A stretch of 64,000 bases of DNA, taken from the NCBI GenBank assembly GCA_003427395.1, contig BFEA01000030.1, positions 1,679,148 to 1,743,147 on the forward strand, in the 5' to 3' direction. A program made the translations under genes and the position numbers. Below the pieces are notes generated by a model. It saw only the letters and a program-made list of their open reading frames with translations, ran no database searches and was not told the origin of the DNA. Source of the DNA: Chara braunii. Lineage: Eukaryota; Plantae; Charophyceae. Below are positions 62,001-64,000 of the stretch, piece by piece. Numbering within the stretch: position 1 is the stretch's first letter; every line of letters starts with the position of its first letter.

Positions 62001-62298
62001 AAAAAAAAAACGTGCTCACGCAGATTCACGTCGGGTGCGCTCCTCGCCTGCTGTTGCAGAATAACGGGTTTCAAAATGGGCAGGTTGGCGAGAGGGGATG
62101 GGGGAGTCGGGGAGATCTGGGCGGAGTTCTCGTAAAAAAGAGAAAAAAAAAAAAAAAAACGTGTTCACGCAGATTCACGTCGGGTGCGCTCCTCGCCAGC
62201 TGTTGCAGAATAATGGGTTTCAAAACGGGCGGGTTGGCGAGGGGGGATGGGGGAGTCGGGGAGATCTGGGCAGAGTTCTCGTAAGTGGGTTCTCTGAG
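56006..62298 (-). mobile_element. L1-clade LINE, inverted 5' segment: 5' UTR repeats, ORF1, and ORF2 from APE endonuclease through RT
   Basis: ORF1 from 61748 with CVKCQVYGH knuckle. EN motifs SINVNGL, VQETHL, SIYAPN, LAGDFN and SRIDLVL. RT motifs NYRPITLL, IDFENAYNHVDW, REDPIAPFLF, LFADD and PKARGGLGIVDP. Confidence 0.93.
62003..62284. repeat. Two ~149-bp tandem monomers at the LINE 5' end
   Basis: Units starting CGTG(C/T)TCACGCAGATTCACGTCGGG at 62011 and 62160, each preceded by an A-run. Confidence 0.85.
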
Positions 62299-62884
62299 GT
62301 TGTTCTGCCCTCCTCCACCGGTACACGCCTGGAACAGCTGGCATGCCTGGTGCCAGAAACCCCCGCTAGTACAGACTCGCTCGTGTGGATAGATAATCAC
62401 TTTTGGATCATCCCACGCAAAATATCCCGGTACGGAGCCAAGCAACAAAAGGAACTCTTCTGGCCGGACCTCCTAAAAAGTTGGCGCAGACTTCCTCTTC
62501 CGGATAGACCGCAGCCAGAGCGCTGGGAGGAAGTTTTTCGACAACCCCTTTTTGAAAACAGGTGGTTAACAGATGTCAGGGGACAAATAATGAACAACTC
62601 CACCTCCCCATGGGTAAGTTGGGTCAAGAGGGGAATATTAAGGGTCGGGGACCTTTGGGAATGTGAGAGAAGGGGTTGGAAGACGTCAACACAACTGAAA
62701 ACGACGCTAAAACACTGTCATCACATCCAGGACCACCTCGACGAAATAATTGAAAGAATCCCACTAGCCTGGTACCAAACCCTTAAACGAGGGCCCACAA
62801 TAAAAGAGGACAATTGGGTGGCCCAACAAGACCCGTCGGGAACGCTTGCCCGAGTCCACTGCATGACACAACGACACAGCACGC
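62299..62884 (+). mobile_element. Sense-orientation continuation of the same LINE ORF2 (post-RT region)
   Basis: FWPDLLKSWRRLPLPD...RQPLFENRWLTD...WVKRGILRVGDLW...PLAWYQTLKRGP, homologous to 1270-1740. Confidence 0.9.
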
Positions 62885-64000
62885 TGTGACGAACCACTTT
62901 CTGTAACGCGCGATTTTCTGCGCGGTTGCAATGAGGGGTCCTAAGCTGGGAAGATTGGGCCAATTACGGGAGATCGGGATCGGTGGAGAATTGCATCTGT
63001 GTCCTCGCTTTTTCGTCCTTTTTCGTCGTTTCTTTTTCGAATGGCCGGGCACGGGGTCAGGTGTGTCTTGGGACGGCCGGTTGATTGATTGGTCGGATGG
63101 TTGTCTGGCACGACGCCACGCGCGCGCACAATTAATAAATGTTGACGTCGTTTCTTTCGTTCGATTTCGATCTTTTGGACGTGGACATCGCGCGGGAAAT
63201 TGCTTCGTTCTTTTTGAATTTCCTTTTAAATCTTTTTCGAATTTTGTCGAGCCCCCGATGACTCTCGGAATTTCGGACTTTCCTTCTGAAATTCGTGCTT
63301 CTTTTTGCTTTTTCGCATTAGAAAGTAATTTATGAATTTAGTAATTAGGATTTTTCCTGCCGCGTGGCGCCTTACGCGCTTCTGCATGCGGCTGCAACGG
63401 TACTCTGATTAGTGGGCGCCCTTAATCGTATGTGTAACTGTAATTTTGGGCGGGCGCCATTGTAACTGTATCTCCCTTCTTGCACTTCGTCTCTCCCGCC
63501 CTCCCCCTCTTTCTTTTGCTGAAATTTTGTAAGTCGCGGCTTGCATGCCCGGATCGATGCGTGGAGAAGGGTTACATCCCCCACGCCGCGGCCGATCATG
63601 CAGAACGCAGGCGTTCCCTCTCTAATCCTCACTCTAAGTCCTAGTGATTCCGTGTTCTTCGCGCATGCATGCACGCTATAAATTTTGGCTGCGCGATTAG
63701 TCAGCTATCTTAACCCATTGTTGGAAGCTCGGGGTTGCGTGATCAGGAAGGGTCAGCACACGAGCGAAGTAAGAGGTGAGTAGAGCATGAGTTGGGCGAC
63801 CCGACGGGCTGGTGCCGAACGCGCGGGATTGACGTGGGCCACGACGGACTGTGGGCACGGGCGAATCCGATGGGTGCGGGAGGACTAAGCGGGTGACAAC
63901 TTCGTGGTTTGGTGCATGACGACGGACTGTCCGCATCGGAGAGAGAGAGGGAGAGAGAAGAAGAGAGTTGAGGTCGATGGACGCGGATTTGCTGTTTTAT
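62885..64000 (+). mobile_element. 5' terminal (LTR) region of another member of the same Ty3 family, running off the window
   Basis: Starts TGTGACGAACCACTTTCTG. Collinear with the reverse complement of 38570-39570, including the TATA-like GCTATAAATTTT and the downstream GA-rich tract. Confidence 0.85.

Overview
Eukaryotic, repeat-saturated window with six N-gaps and no recognisable host gene, RNA gene or CRISPR array. It is a nested stack of decayed transposable elements. The mix of L1 LINEs, Ty3/Gypsy, a Penelope-like RT with a CxC linker, Harbinger, Helitron and long microsatellites suggests a streptophyte alga such as Chara; this is inference only. Main parts: (1) L1-clade LINE 3' half at 0.1-3.5 kb. 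(2) An ~8.3 kb PIF/Harbinger transposon with matching TIRs (4416-12759), carrying a Myb/SANT gene, a DDE transposase broken by one 22-bp duplication, and an extra unknown ORF. (3) A long stop-riddled unknown ORF (24.5-26.1 kb) and a Helitron Rep/helicase remnant (28.6-30.8 kb). (4) A Ty3/Gypsy element (30.8-39.6 kb) with a PHD finger in frame between RNase H and integrase, and a perfect palindrome where the polypurine tract should be. (5) More L1 fragments and a cluster of six Tourist-like MITEs (39.6-46 kb). (6) A Penelope-like RT, probably Naiad/Chlamys type, split by an LTR-type insertion with an exact TTATT target-site duplication. (7) An L1 whose whole 5' 6.3 kb is inverted relative to its 3' part, in twin-priming geometry. 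Several independent retro-insertions share conserved 3'-terminal stem-loops. A Nextera mate-pair junction adapter at 23320-23357 is an assembly artefact. All coordinates and alignments were read by eye.
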